Position numbers and translations under genes: made by a program. A DNA stretch of 64,000 bases from Botryllus schlosseri (Eukaryota), in contig CM119380.1 of assembly GCA_051294905.1 (NCBI GenBank), positions 14,756,001 through 14,820,000 on the forward strand. Reading direction: 5' to 3'. Under the pieces are notes generated by a model. That model had not been told where the DNA came from, ran no database searches, and was given only the letters and a program-made list of their open reading frames with translations. Position 1 is the stretch's first letter; every line of letters begins with the position of its first letter. Positions 10,300 to 21,365 of the stretch are shown here, in pieces.

Positions 10300-11460
10300 T
10301 GAATGTGTCCTAGTGATTGAAATGTCGGAACGCCGAACGTCCTATTGCTGTTACATCGTTGGGGCGTACCACTACGGTACTCGGTACCTTTAAGTGGCCT
10401 TAATAACATGATTTAGCGACCAAAGATGTAACTAACAGAACGCCAATGTCATAACCATACTTGCTCAGTTAGCGAAATACCAAGCTGCGACCTTCTGATC
10501 TGTTACAAGTTCTTTTATTGTCAAACAATTGTACCAATTGGCCATTAAATACCAGATCTTGTGACGGAACATCTCCTACCTAACGCACTTATCTTTCGGG
10601 TTTAATATCAAATTATAGGGATCTATGCCTCAATTGATCAATTCATAGCCCTCCTTCAGTACCGTTATTACTATGTCCAACACTACATCCCTCAGTTCGT
10701 GCTCTCTTACCCCAACTTTAATTTTCTTAAATACATACATGGAGTATGGCTATGTTATTTAACTGTCGTATGGCCTGTATTCCATCTCTAATACACCCTT
10801 AATGAAACTATTACTCATGCCTCCTTCAAATACTAAGTCACCAACCTACATTCTAAACTCGGTTTACTTCCTTATAATCATGAACCGCCGGTATATGAGA
10901 TAGAGCCTCAGTGCATGGCGCATGCCATTCTTTTTTTGTTAACAATTCCGAATTTGCGTAATAGATCACAATCAGATTTGGATGGACATGTTTGATCAAT
11001 GTTAACGCGAAAATATTCCAAAAATTAGTCCTAATTTTTTGTTCGTGACTTTTGTGTGCATGCCCATTGAGAGAGTACTGACTAGATATGCGCTTACTAC
11101 TTAGCTAATTAGTTACTGTATAATTCTAGATATTTAGCTGTCTGAATCTTTCAATTAATAAGCTACGTCATTCATACATCAACAATTCTTGTTCTTGGTC
11201 CATTGCCAACATGAGTACTGCGTAAAAGGCTGCGGGTTGTACCACAATTTCTCCCACGTTTGCTAATTCAATCTAACTTGAACATTACCTTAGGCGCTCA
11301 TTCATTTACCAACCTTGATATCAAGGCTAAAAGCGACATAAACTAAGTGGTAGCAGGTCACGCGCCATTTTCCAAGCACGACTTTACGCCATTTTGATTA
11401 CATAAATTCTTGCTTGGCTCAAACCAGCCGCGTGGTGGCGCCGACAACCCACTGATTCAA
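10300..11460 (-). pseudogene. Heavily decayed BEL/Pao LTR-retrotransposon pol (RT and RNase H/peptidase A17 region); may extend to about 12400
   Basis: Ordered relic motifs across stops and frameshifts: RHHAA (LPHHAV), NGVKSCLENG (NGxSLNxxLxxGP), VAFSLDIK...QVRL (VAxxxDIxKxFxQV), KGVL...PYD (KRxVLSxxxxxYDPLG), VAAWYF, SLVAKS..PLK (AKSRVAPLK). Confidence 0.65.
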
Positions 11461-14400
11461 TATCACGCCTTTACTTATTTTAATTTGTAAACTTATTTCC
11501 CAATTTGCATAGCTTTGCTACCAAATGCAACAATTCAAATTATCTTGTAGTCACTTAAATTGGCAAGGTCCCGCCGACCATTCTTATTCATACTGGCCCT
11601 TTTCAGAAAACGCAAAAACCAACCCGCTCTGCTTCATGCTACACCACTGTGCATTGTTATGTAATTATACTCTAGACTACTAGGTCACTATTGTTGATAC
11701 GTTATCAATAAATTATCTTTTCGCACCCAATCTGTCCCAAATAATTACTTCTGCAAACTACAATCCCAAAATGCACATCTTGCTACCTCAGAAATCAATG
11801 ACTTTCCTTAATTATCATATCTTTTGTTTGTTCTATGATACTACAAACCTCGCACTATTGCTCAACACTAATAAAACAGCGTTTAAGTTGCTGAATTATC
11901 TACGATTCATGTGTCGCCTCCAATAATCAAAACTTACTTTTGTAAATGCAGACTCGCAACAATAGTTACTTTTAAATAAAATACCTGTGCTACATACATG
12001 CTAATGACTATCATCGAAAACAAACATCTATCACTACCCAAGTTTCACTTAGTAATGTTTTGTAATTTACCTACTTACTTGAGTGTTTTTTAAATCTGGC
12101 CAAATTTACTTTCATTTTTAAAACTACATATCTAGTTTGACCATCACTATTAATGGCACAAACCCGATACCTTGCTCTTAATTTCACTTACTTGTAACTG
12201 TCTGACATTTGAGGCGTGATATGAGAAAATAACATTCTCATCTATTTCAGCTTAGTGCTCCTAGATTAATTTAATCCCAAGGTGACTAGCGCAAAAAAAT
12301 CCTATAACTGCCTCAAGCAATTGTTCCATCATTTCAAATATTTTGGAGAGACCGGCTAACGGAGGCAGCTATCATTACACCAATTACCATACCCGCACGA
12401 CAATTTCTAGTGAGTTTTAATCATATTCAGACAATTAGAACACACTTGTAGCAGAAGAGATATTGTAGAGATCTCCAACGCACTAGTTTTGAAATGGGCG
12501 TCCCCAATAGGGCACGAGCAAGCGCATTTTTTCTTGTTTAGTAATACAGTATGCAAGAAGGTTTTGAAAACAGTGCGATCTATCAAAGCCGAGATATGTC
12601 ATGGCTTACAGTAGATTTACAATTTTATAGCCCTTATGTGTTATAACATACACCATTGTTAGTAATCAATAATATTCGCCTCGCACTGCAATGGGAGTTA
12701 GTCCATCTCAGGAAGTCATTCTATGCGGCTAGGCATTGCTCCATAGCATGCTTGGCGTCGTATTGTTGCATCAGGTTTTAGCCAAGACGACCTGAGTTGT
12801 CCGCGAAAGCACAATTTAGTTTTGGAATTATAGACCAGAGTTCTTCAAACGGAGTTACTGCATAATATGATATATATCAAAACTTGCAACATAGTGTAAC
12901 CTTCGAACGGTATTTACAGGGACGTACCAAATCCGTAATACAATGAACTGAAGACCAGCTTTCGCAAATGTAGGTTTATGGTTCAGCGTGAGCTAGAACA
13001 TAGGCGAGCGAGCAAGCGAGCAACGTGGTATTATGTTATTTTTTAGGGTGATACTTTATACCCTTTGGTCGAGAGAGATATTTCACCTACTTATTTACTC
13101 GTCGGCGATAAACCAACAGTTTTGTTTGGTTTTCAAAAATATAATTAATTTTTGAGGGGCATACCGCTTCAGCACAGGCCTTTTGAGGCAATACCTTGCA
13201 CCCGTGTTGGGCTCAATTCCCTTCGAGTCACGAGTCATTCCGAGTCCTGGCAGACACTCAATCAAGTCAAGCCAAGTCAAGTTACGAGAAAGATCACAAT
13301 TTTGAGTCAAACCGGATTTCAGCATCTATATTGAATTAGCTGACAAATATGCAGATAACTATACATGCACCCAGATGCTGTACCAGTCACACGCAAGTAA
13401 AATACGCGAGCAATTGTAAAGCTAAATACTACAGTCAGGCATTGTCGACCAAAATATAGAAAGATACGCACTGCACAACGTAAATATTGAGCCGTCTAAT
13501 GAGACAAAAAGATGTTGTTATTCACAATAGTCCTCTATAATTTCCACGGCAGCGTCAGCCATGATCGTTTCATTCGCGGTTAATTTATTTATGACTTAAC
13601 ACAACAATTCGAGTATACGCAAGCTACAGTGATTTATTCAACACCGTTTATTTTGCGACTTGATATTGGCTTGTAAATTCTGCTTCGAGACACGAGTCAA
13701 TACATATTTCCCAAACAACCCGAGTCATCCCAAAACTGTTTCTTACCCTACATTAGTAATACGCAATGTGTCAGTCATAGTAAATAAAGGACCGCAGTCA
13801 GCCAGAATTAACCTAGCTTTTATATCGAAATTGATCGGTTTTATTCAGACTATCTATTTCTTAATCCAGTCTCACCTATGCACTTGAGACGACGATAGAA
13901 TGTTCACAGCGGCCTACGATTTAAGGTTCTTGATCACTCTTGAAGCCTATACCCCAAGATGAATTTGCGCGCTTTGCAATGTAAATCTGATTGTCAGAAT
14001 TGTTAAGTACTGAATAGTGTTGTCGAGCATGTGCGGATGGGTTATTTTGTGAATAGCAACAATAATATTGGTCTTTTAAATTTCCATATCCAGTCGCCGC
14101 TCTTATAATCAGCGTTTGTGCTAGTCCCAGTTACAAAGAAACATCAGGTAATGTTCAGTATATAGGTCATCATTGTGTCAATTAGAACATACTATGACTT
14201 GAGCTACCCTTGATTTTATTATATTCTTTTATTCTTCATATATACGAATGCGCATGACTAAAATCACCCCAAATAGCGTTCCATCTTGTCAGGCATTCTA
14301 GAGGGACCCGTTAGTTGGGGTGGCTCCCGTCACGCAAATTTAGATACCATGTCCATATTAGTAATGTTTTACCTAAAAAACCTTCGAGAACGGTTCAGTA

Positions 14401-15733
14401 CAGGAAGCTATCTATACTACTCTTCCTTGTTATGGCAAACGCTCGTTATTGAATTATTTTACCGCAATGTTTAGTCGTCGAGGCGAGTTGTAGTTACAAA
14501 TACAGTTAATTTCTGGCACTTAGAAGTTAGTGTTTCTCAACCGAGATACACGTAATTTTTGGGAGATACCAGAATTGGCAAGAGATATGTCTTTCCAATG
14601 GGATATATAGAGCTGTATCAGGTCTGGATTACCCTGAATCGGCGCCCAACCATTGATAAGGTAGTTATATATACAATATTGTCTCCAATGTAATACTGTA
14701 TTCCACTTGTTTGCGATGTTACCAGTATTTCTAGTTGTCAGCCTAGCCCAATGGTCTAGTTAGATGTTATAAAGTCCATACTGTTTCATGTTACATGTCA
14801 TTTTATACGATAGATCAGATTTACCTGTAGCGGTATTACCTGCCTATGTAAATAAATGCCATATTGTAGTGAATGTAGCAATTGACGTGACATAGCCATT
14901 CAGGGTCAAGACACCTTCCATACCATATATATTCAGACCGAGTGGTCATAGTGGTTAACCAATGAAACTTCCTGGAATTAACTAGATACACCAATAATGC
15001 TGTATTGTTTAAATTTTAATAAATTAATAATCCATTTAAGCATACACACTCACCTTAGTTTATTTTTATAATTCGAAATAGAGGATTGAATAAATCACCA
15101 TGATTCACGACAGCATTGGCTGTAAGCTTAAACTTCTTATGTTCATGTCACCATGTCGGATGGATGCCCCATAAGCAGCACTATCATGGAATGATTAGTT
15201 GCTCTCATGGATCACATAAACTTTGCGTGATAAATCCAAACATATGCTATATACCACAATCTTTGTCTGCATTTGATTATTTGATGACTTGAAATTGGCT
15301 CACTAATTTTACTCCGAATTTAATTCATAAACCGGTATACCGAATCAATTCAGATATTAGTCAGTTGCTTGAGGCCAGTGACTCGAGAGACCATGGGCTT
15401 GTATATAGTATCACCCAATACAGCGATTATTGGCATTTCTTGTAGTCTAAATGCTACTGTTAACCCTGTGCAATGCACGGTACAATATGTGTGGCGGCTC
15501 TGATACTTAATAGGTTGGTGATTGTGCTATTGTCGATTGAAATTACCGCTTTTACAACAGTTACTCATCATCTAATACTGTTATATTTAAGTTATGTAAA
15601 TAACAGCTACAGTAGCATAACGCGTCGAAGGCAGGCTGATACTATAAACCTTAAAATTCCAGATCCACTGTCATTATTTGCCTCAAATGATTGTATTTGC
15701 AAACGTCTTTAGCAGGGATTATCCATACTTCTT

Positions 15734-16096
15734 TTAGACACAGGTATCATTATGAGTGAGTGAGTGTTTGGCGTGTCGTGATTCTATTTCGTGGTATATT
15801 TTGCGCTTATATCCGTATATCCTGCTATCCAACGCAATCCTTATCATCCTAACCGTGAAGCACAAGCGTTTATACTTTAGTAGCGCAAAATGAATCAACT
15901 TCTGACAATAGGTCAGGTCGAAGCAAGAGTCAGATTGTATTCCAAAATACGTGCTATTAGTAAAATTATTGATCCCATACGCATGTATATTACTAAAAAT
16001 CAATGTAATATCGTTTGTATTGTTAGTCACGTGATAAGGATAGATTTTAAGGACGTATTCTCTTAAGCGATGTGCTCCTTGTGTTGTTTTTGTCAT
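15734..16096 (-). pseudogene. Possible ORF fragment with several N-X-S/T sites; function unknown
   Basis: 120 aa ATG ORF containing NNT, NFT, NST and NDT. Downstream frames are broken. No family recognised. Confidence 0.25.
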
Positions 16097-16159
16097 TTAA
16101 TTCTACTGTATAGCAGCGTTGGAATCTAGTCACTTCCTCCGGCACTGCAGCATAGCCTT

Positions 16160-16402
16160 GTCAAAAACTCACTTTAATTTTACGGACCAGTTATTAGCGT
16201 TCATATTGAATTAGAATCGAGTGTTTAGAATTTGTTTTGTATAGTAAGGATGTCAGTGTAGCGAGTGATTATAATATAAGTCAAAAACTCACTTTAATTT
16301 TACGGACCAGTTATTAGCGTTCATATTGAATTAGAATCGAGTGTTTAGAATTTGTTTTGTATAGTAAGGATGTCAGTGTAGCGAGTGATTATAATATAAG
16401 TC
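16160..16402. repeat. Perfect 120-bp tandem duplication (2 copies)
   Basis: The unit gtcaaaaactcacttt...gattataatataa starts at 16160 and again at 16280; the copies are identical by eye. Confidence 0.95.
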
Positions 16403-17040
16403 TCATATCATAGCTATAAGTACCACGTTGATTTTCTCTCTCCCCTTTATAGAAAGGTGAGCATTAGTATAATTTTATATTATCGAAATTTTACTAGGTG
16501 CCATGACAAGAAATAGTCCACACATTGTAATAATAGCTTTCAACTTTTTAGTAACATTTGGTATAACTGATACAGTCTCCACGCGACAATATAAGATTGG
16601 CCGTCTGTACCGTGACGACCCAAGTTATACTCAGGTCTGTTATCTTGACATACCAAAACTTGTTGAGTGTCAACCAGAGCTGGTACAGAAACACGACCCT
16701 CGATTCACCAGTCACCTCCAGTTGACGCACATTCTAACTTGAGTCAATTCCAAGTCAATCGACTCTCAATGCGACCCAAGTCAAGCCAAGCCACTCGTTC
16801 CCTGTAGGCGAACCGCTCCAGGTCAAACCACTCGAAAAAGTCGACCCGAGTCACCTCAACACTGGTGTCAACCTATATATGGAGAGAAAAAAAAAAAAAA
16901 TTTTCTTTCCAACTGCTACCAGCACTCAACTCCCCTAACACCTTACAGTTTGGTGTGGAGTCAACTGATTTTTCCAGTCCTGCGCTCCGCGTTTTATCCA
17001 GTTTTGAGCGGAAGATCGTTAACGCGCATGCACCCCCCCA

Positions 17041-17385
17041 TCACCACGAGCAATGTGCTATTTTCGTAAAGTAGGGGTTGGCGTCCTTCCGATCATTCAT
17101 CAAGCAAATTTTTGTCGCTATCCTTTGTACTCCGGCATGATTAAGCCCCCCATTACAGACAAATTTCACCCTTTTGCTACAGTTAAAGATTTCCTGTTCG
17201 TCAATTACCCACTGTAGCGCTTCCGTTCCCACCATTAATTGTGGCCTTATTGTGCAAGATTTTTGCAATGGCGTGATCAACCCATCAATTGGGGTCGTAT
17301 TTTGCCGTTTTTGCTAAATTAAGTTTTTCCTATTCGTCAATATGTCATTGCAACATGTACAAAAATTACGCCATCCTGCTTCCAT
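17041..17385 (-). pseudogene. Cys-containing ORF interrupted by one in-frame TAG
   Basis: MEAGWRNFCTCCNDILTNRKNLI*QKRQNTTPIDGLITPLQKSC... continues in frame into the track ORF at 17041-17280. Confidence 0.35.
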
Positions 17386-17512
17386 ATTTACTTACTATTG
17401 CATTACTTAATCCTTCCAAATGTAATGCTTCCATATTTACTTACTATTGCAATACTTAATCCTTCCATATGTAATGCTTCCATATTTACTTACTATTGCA
17501 TTACTTAATCCT
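17378..17512. repeat. 49-bp tandem repeat, about 2.75 copies
   Basis: The unit gcttccatatttacttactattgcattacttaatccttcca(a/t)atgtaat starts at 17378, 17427 and 17476. Confidence 0.95.
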
Positions 17513-17808
17513 GATTTGGCTTAGCAATACCATCCAAAATTTCGCAATTACGTATTTCGCAAGAATAGTCGTTGCATAAGCATCGTTAACACCGCGAATT
17601 TGCCTCGTACGTTCTTGAACCCCGCCTACTTTTAGGCTTCCATAGGCAAATACAGCATGATTTTTTTAAACTATGTTATTTCAACGAAATTAAATTTAGG
17701 TCTTTGGATAATTTCACACGAATTCTAAACCGCGCAAATGGACCGAACACACCACACAACAACACTCACTTATATCTTTACAAAATTTCAGTGATTATTC
17801 CACAATAC

Positions 17809-20800
17809 CTATCTCAGTTTTTCGTGCAATGTTACTGCTGTAATATACGTCTTTCGATTATTCCGCCGAATAACATCCCTAAGATAAGTTTTTGCTGCGA
17901 CCCTCCTGCATTTCGCATAACATAAATACATACATCCTACCATTATTGTTACGAAAACCGCAAAAATCAAGGCATTGTTAAGTGATTCTTCTAAATCCTT
18001 TCTATTGTTAATATCAACAATAATTTTACCTGCTGCATAACCTTGTTCCATTTCTTGTAGTTTGTGCAGTCGTCCATAGAAGTCAAACGTAATTTGGTCC
18101 AGTCTGTCATATTTGGTCGTAGGTAAGGTATGCGGTATACTGAGTGTATCTTTTCCTTCTTCTTCGATAGAGGGTGTAATTGAAGAAAGTGCACTATTGG
18201 AAGCACTCTTCCAACTTCTGATCACATCATTGTTACTTACTGATGTGGATTCGCTCTGATAGTCCCCTGATGAAAGTATTGATGTTGATTTAGTTCTTAC
18301 CTGTAAGTCTTGCTCATTGTTTAAATTATCTAGTTCTGTATTAGAGCGGGACTTGCTGGTGGCGAAATATTGGTGCGTTTCGACTGTCGTTGCTACTTGG
18401 GTTGTATCAAACAGCACATTGAAATGCGCTCTTGGCGATGTTGTGTCCATGAGTTGATTTGTGTGATGACGTAATTGAATATAAGACTCAGGTATCTGCG
18501 TAACCTGGGGTGTTTTCCTTATTGGCACGGATAAGGAGCCTAACATTTCATCATTTTTTGAGGGTATTTGATAGGTCATGGTATGCTTCGCGATTACTCC
18601 TCTTTCCATTGGTACACGCGTTGTTAACCCACTTTCAGAAAAGGTGACTCCTGTTGTAGCAATACCATTGCTTTGCTGAGTGTCCATCTCTGTTGATATA
18701 GCCATAGATGGTTCCACAATTGTGAAAATATTAGTGGGACTCGTTCTGCGTCTTTCTTGATCACTAGTAGTTTTCACTGTAGTTAAGAATGTAGTAATAG
18801 ATGTAGTTGGTCTTGGGCTGGAGTTATCTTCGCGTGGGGAATGCACAGTAGTCAATATGGCTGGGAGCGGTGTCGATGAAGTCGTTCCGGAAATTACAAT
18901 GGCCGATGTCAACCCTCCAGTATATGGTGTGATTGCAGCAGTGGATAATGTGGTCGTAATACTATCTGTCGTAAGTGTAGACGTTCTTGGCGTGGAAATT
19001 GTTGTATCCCTTGTTAACTCAACCGTATATTGAGTATTTTTAGTCGATGTTGGAGTTTCAATCATTGGTAACGCCATTGTAGTTTCAATAATATTTGTGG
19101 AATCTGTAGTGTGAGCTACGGGTATGGGCCTACGTTTTAACAAAACATCATATTCTCCGTCTTGGTCATAGTAATCGTAGTAGTAATTTCCAGAGTCTTG
19201 AAAGCTAGTATTATCGTCATAACCGGCATAGCTAAATCCTTCGTCATAACTTTCTATATAATCGTAGTTATAGTGGTTAGTATTGTATTGATTCGTCATT
19301 CTTACATTTTCCTCAGTAAGTGTTATGGTTTTTTCCCGTGTCACAGTGGGTCCTGGAGTCGCTACAACAGAAGTGATATCATCCCACATACCAGTCTCGC
19401 TACTAGGAGGCACTCCTCGAGTGATTCCTTCGTAACTTACAGTCCTTGTCGTTATTGTTTCCGCGTTACTTCGTGGCATTACGGAGCTAGGAGGTACTTT
19501 TCGAGTGGTTCCTTCATAACTTACAACCTTTGTTGTTATTGATTCCGCGGCACTTAATGGCATTTCAGAGTTAGTTCTGATTTTGTTATTGTCCTTATAG
19601 GCATAAGGCGTATACACCAATATTCCAGCACATATTGTGGCTGTGTAGGCCACACTAGGTCGGAATATCCGGATATCATGAAACTGCACCTCTATGAGCT
19701 TGCGTGTTGACATATAGCTCAGTAACTCTTCATTTATCTTACTAAGTTTCTGAGGTGTCAAGGCTGACCGTAGCGCCTGACTTAGAGACTCCATCTCTTT
19801 ACCAGTTATGGACCTGTCCAATCTCCCCAGTTTTCTTCGCATTTTATATATGGGCAGGGACAACTGGCGTAAACGCCGTTTCGTTACTTCTACGTAATAC
19901 ATTCCTAGGCGAGCTAGATAATAGTCCATATTCCTTGTATTTTGCCCATTGCTTTTAAATGATGCAGTCAGGATAAAGTCACCTAATCTACCGGGTTGTT
20001 TACAATTGGGTAGACTCTTAGGCCATGCTTTGAGTGGAGATTCCTGACCTGCAGGTCTTGGAGATGCAATTTGTAAACGACCGTTGCCATGATCTGCATA
20101 CACGGGTTGATTTGTATATGGATCATATAACACTTCCTTAAAGGCCAACGCCGTTTTTAAACTTCCAATTGAATTACGACAAACCTTCTTATTTTTTTTG
20201 CGTTCACATTCTATGCTGCCTTGCAATATAGTCGGAAAATTTCTCTTCCCCATTATCCGTTGAGTATCATTATTTAGATGTTCGCGAAGGGCGTAAATCC
20301 TCAATCTAAACCAAGTATGACCATCAAAGTTCGCTGGCCTCTCCCTGGGGCCTGTCTCATTTCGAGCCTTCAACCACACGATGTCGTGATGTAATTCGGG
20401 TAATTTGACTCCTGCTGGCCATTGACTGTAGGAGTAAGCTTCTTGCGTTCCCATCCCTGATCCTCCGATGCTATTATCTATTTCCATGATCACAAAGTCT
20501 CTGGACAGTATATTTACTGCCAGATCATCTGTGAAAAATGAGCATCCTAGGCATTGTATCTGATTAGCTTCTCCTTGCACACATACGTTAAATTCGGCTT
20601 TATTGACTCTCCATCCCATGATATCCTCTGAACGCTGCTGGCACCTTGTTGTCACTGTTGCATATTGCGCCAAGATATTCATCACTGATAACTTGTACAC
20701 CGTCAACAGCTGGTGTATAGTAACTTGTGGAGTAGCATTAGGAGAGATCATCCGAAGAATAGCCCTAGGCACAGCCATAGTGCCGCGTGCTTCCCTTCCA

Positions 20801-21279
20801 ACCACATACTTCCATGTATGTATTAAACCAAAGTTATTCTTTCGACGATATGTTGTGGTTCTAGTCAAGGCTGCCAACGTAATATCGGGAGATATTCTTG
20901 ATAGTTTCCGATTGCACCCGCATTCTCTTTCATATTGTCTAACATTATTCCAATACCTCTTGTCAGACCCCGAGGGTGCAAATAACTTGTACAATTGATC
21001 TTGGCTAGCTCGTGTTGGACCAAATTTGGGCGTCTCTTCGTATATTGAAAAATTATTTTCCGTTTCACCTATTGGCCAACTCTCGTTTAATTTGAATAGT
21101 CGATTAAGGCGGATGTATCTAAGACTTTGATTCCGGAACGTTGTCCATCCTGTAAGATTAAATGCTAACCTCACACTCATAGCAGATAGGGGCAATAATT
21201 GGCCATGAATTTGCAGATATCCTCGGTGTAGTGTTAAAGCTACTGCCAGCACAATCCATAATTTAAAGTAACGATTCAT
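17809..21279 (-). CDS. Type I membrane glycoprotein with Cys-containing head, mucin-like stalk, TM helix and short basic tail (putative attachment protein)
   Basis: Signal peptide MNRYFKLWIVLAVALTLHRG and N-glycosylation sequons. Thr/Ser/Pro-rich region at about aa 570-1045. TM ALIFAVFVTIMVGCMYLCY. Intact 1156 aa single ORF. Confidence 0.88.
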   Translation of the reverse strand: MNRYFKLWIVLAVALTLHRGYLQIHGQLLPLSAMSVRLAFNLTGWTTFRNQSLRYIRLNRLFKLNESWPIGETENNFSIYEETPKFGPTRASQDQLYKLFAPSGSDKRYWNNVRQYERECGCNRKLSRISPDITLAALTRTTTYRRKNNFGLIHTWKYVVGREARGTMAVPRAILRMISPNATPQVTIHQLLTVYKLSVMNILAQYATVTTRCQQRSEDIMGWRVNKAEFNVCVQGEANQIQCLGCSFFTDDLAVNILSRDFVIMEIDNSIGGSGMGTQEAYSYSQWPAGVKLPELHHDIVWLKARNETGPRERPANFDGHTWFRLRIYALREHLNNDTQRIMGKRNFPTILQGSIECERKKNKKVCRNSIGSLKTALAFKEVLYDPYTNQPVYADHGNGRLQIASPRPAGQESPLKAWPKSLPNCKQPGRLGDFILTASFKSNGQNTRNMDYYLARLGMYYVEVTKRRLRQLSLPIYKMRRKLGRLDRSITGKEMESLSQALRSALTPQKLSKINEELLSYMSTRKLIEVQFHDIRIFRPSVAYTATICAGILVYTPYAYKDNNKIRTNSEMPLSAAESITTKVVSYEGTTRKVPPSSVMPRSNAETITTRTVSYEGITRGVPPSSETGMWDDITSVVATPGPTVTREKTITLTEENVRMTNQYNTNHYNYDYIESYDEGFSYAGYDDNTSFQDSGNYYYDYYDQDGEYDVLLKRRPIPVAHTTDSTNIIETTMALPMIETPTSTKNTQYTVELTRDTTISTPRTSTLTTDSITTTLSTAAITPYTGGLTSAIVISGTTSSTPLPAILTTVHSPREDNSSPRPTTSITTFLTTVKTTSDQERRRTSPTNIFTIVEPSMAISTEMDTQQSNGIATTGVTFSESGLTTRVPMERGVIAKHTMTYQIPSKNDEMLGSLSVPIRKTPQVTQIPESYIQLRHHTNQLMDTTSPRAHFNVLFDTTQVATTVETHQYFATSKSRSNTELDNLNNEQDLQVRTKSTSILSSGDYQSESTSVSNNDVIRSWKSASNSALSSITPSIEEEGKDTLSIPHTLPTTKYDRLDQITFDFYGRLHKLQEMEQGYAAGKIIVDINNRKDLEESLNNALIFAVFVTIMVGCMYLCYAKCRRVAAKTYLRDVIRRNNRKTYITAVTLHEKLR

Positions 21280-21365
21280 ATTATTATAAATTAGTTAGTA
21301 TATCTGTGGACTTATGAAAAAATTAAATTAATAAAAGTAAAATCCTTTAAATATATATGCGTGCA

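Noticed and set aside
17378-17512. CRISPR-like array
   Set aside because: The units are contiguous tandem copies with no unique spacers, in a eukaryotic context with no cas genes.
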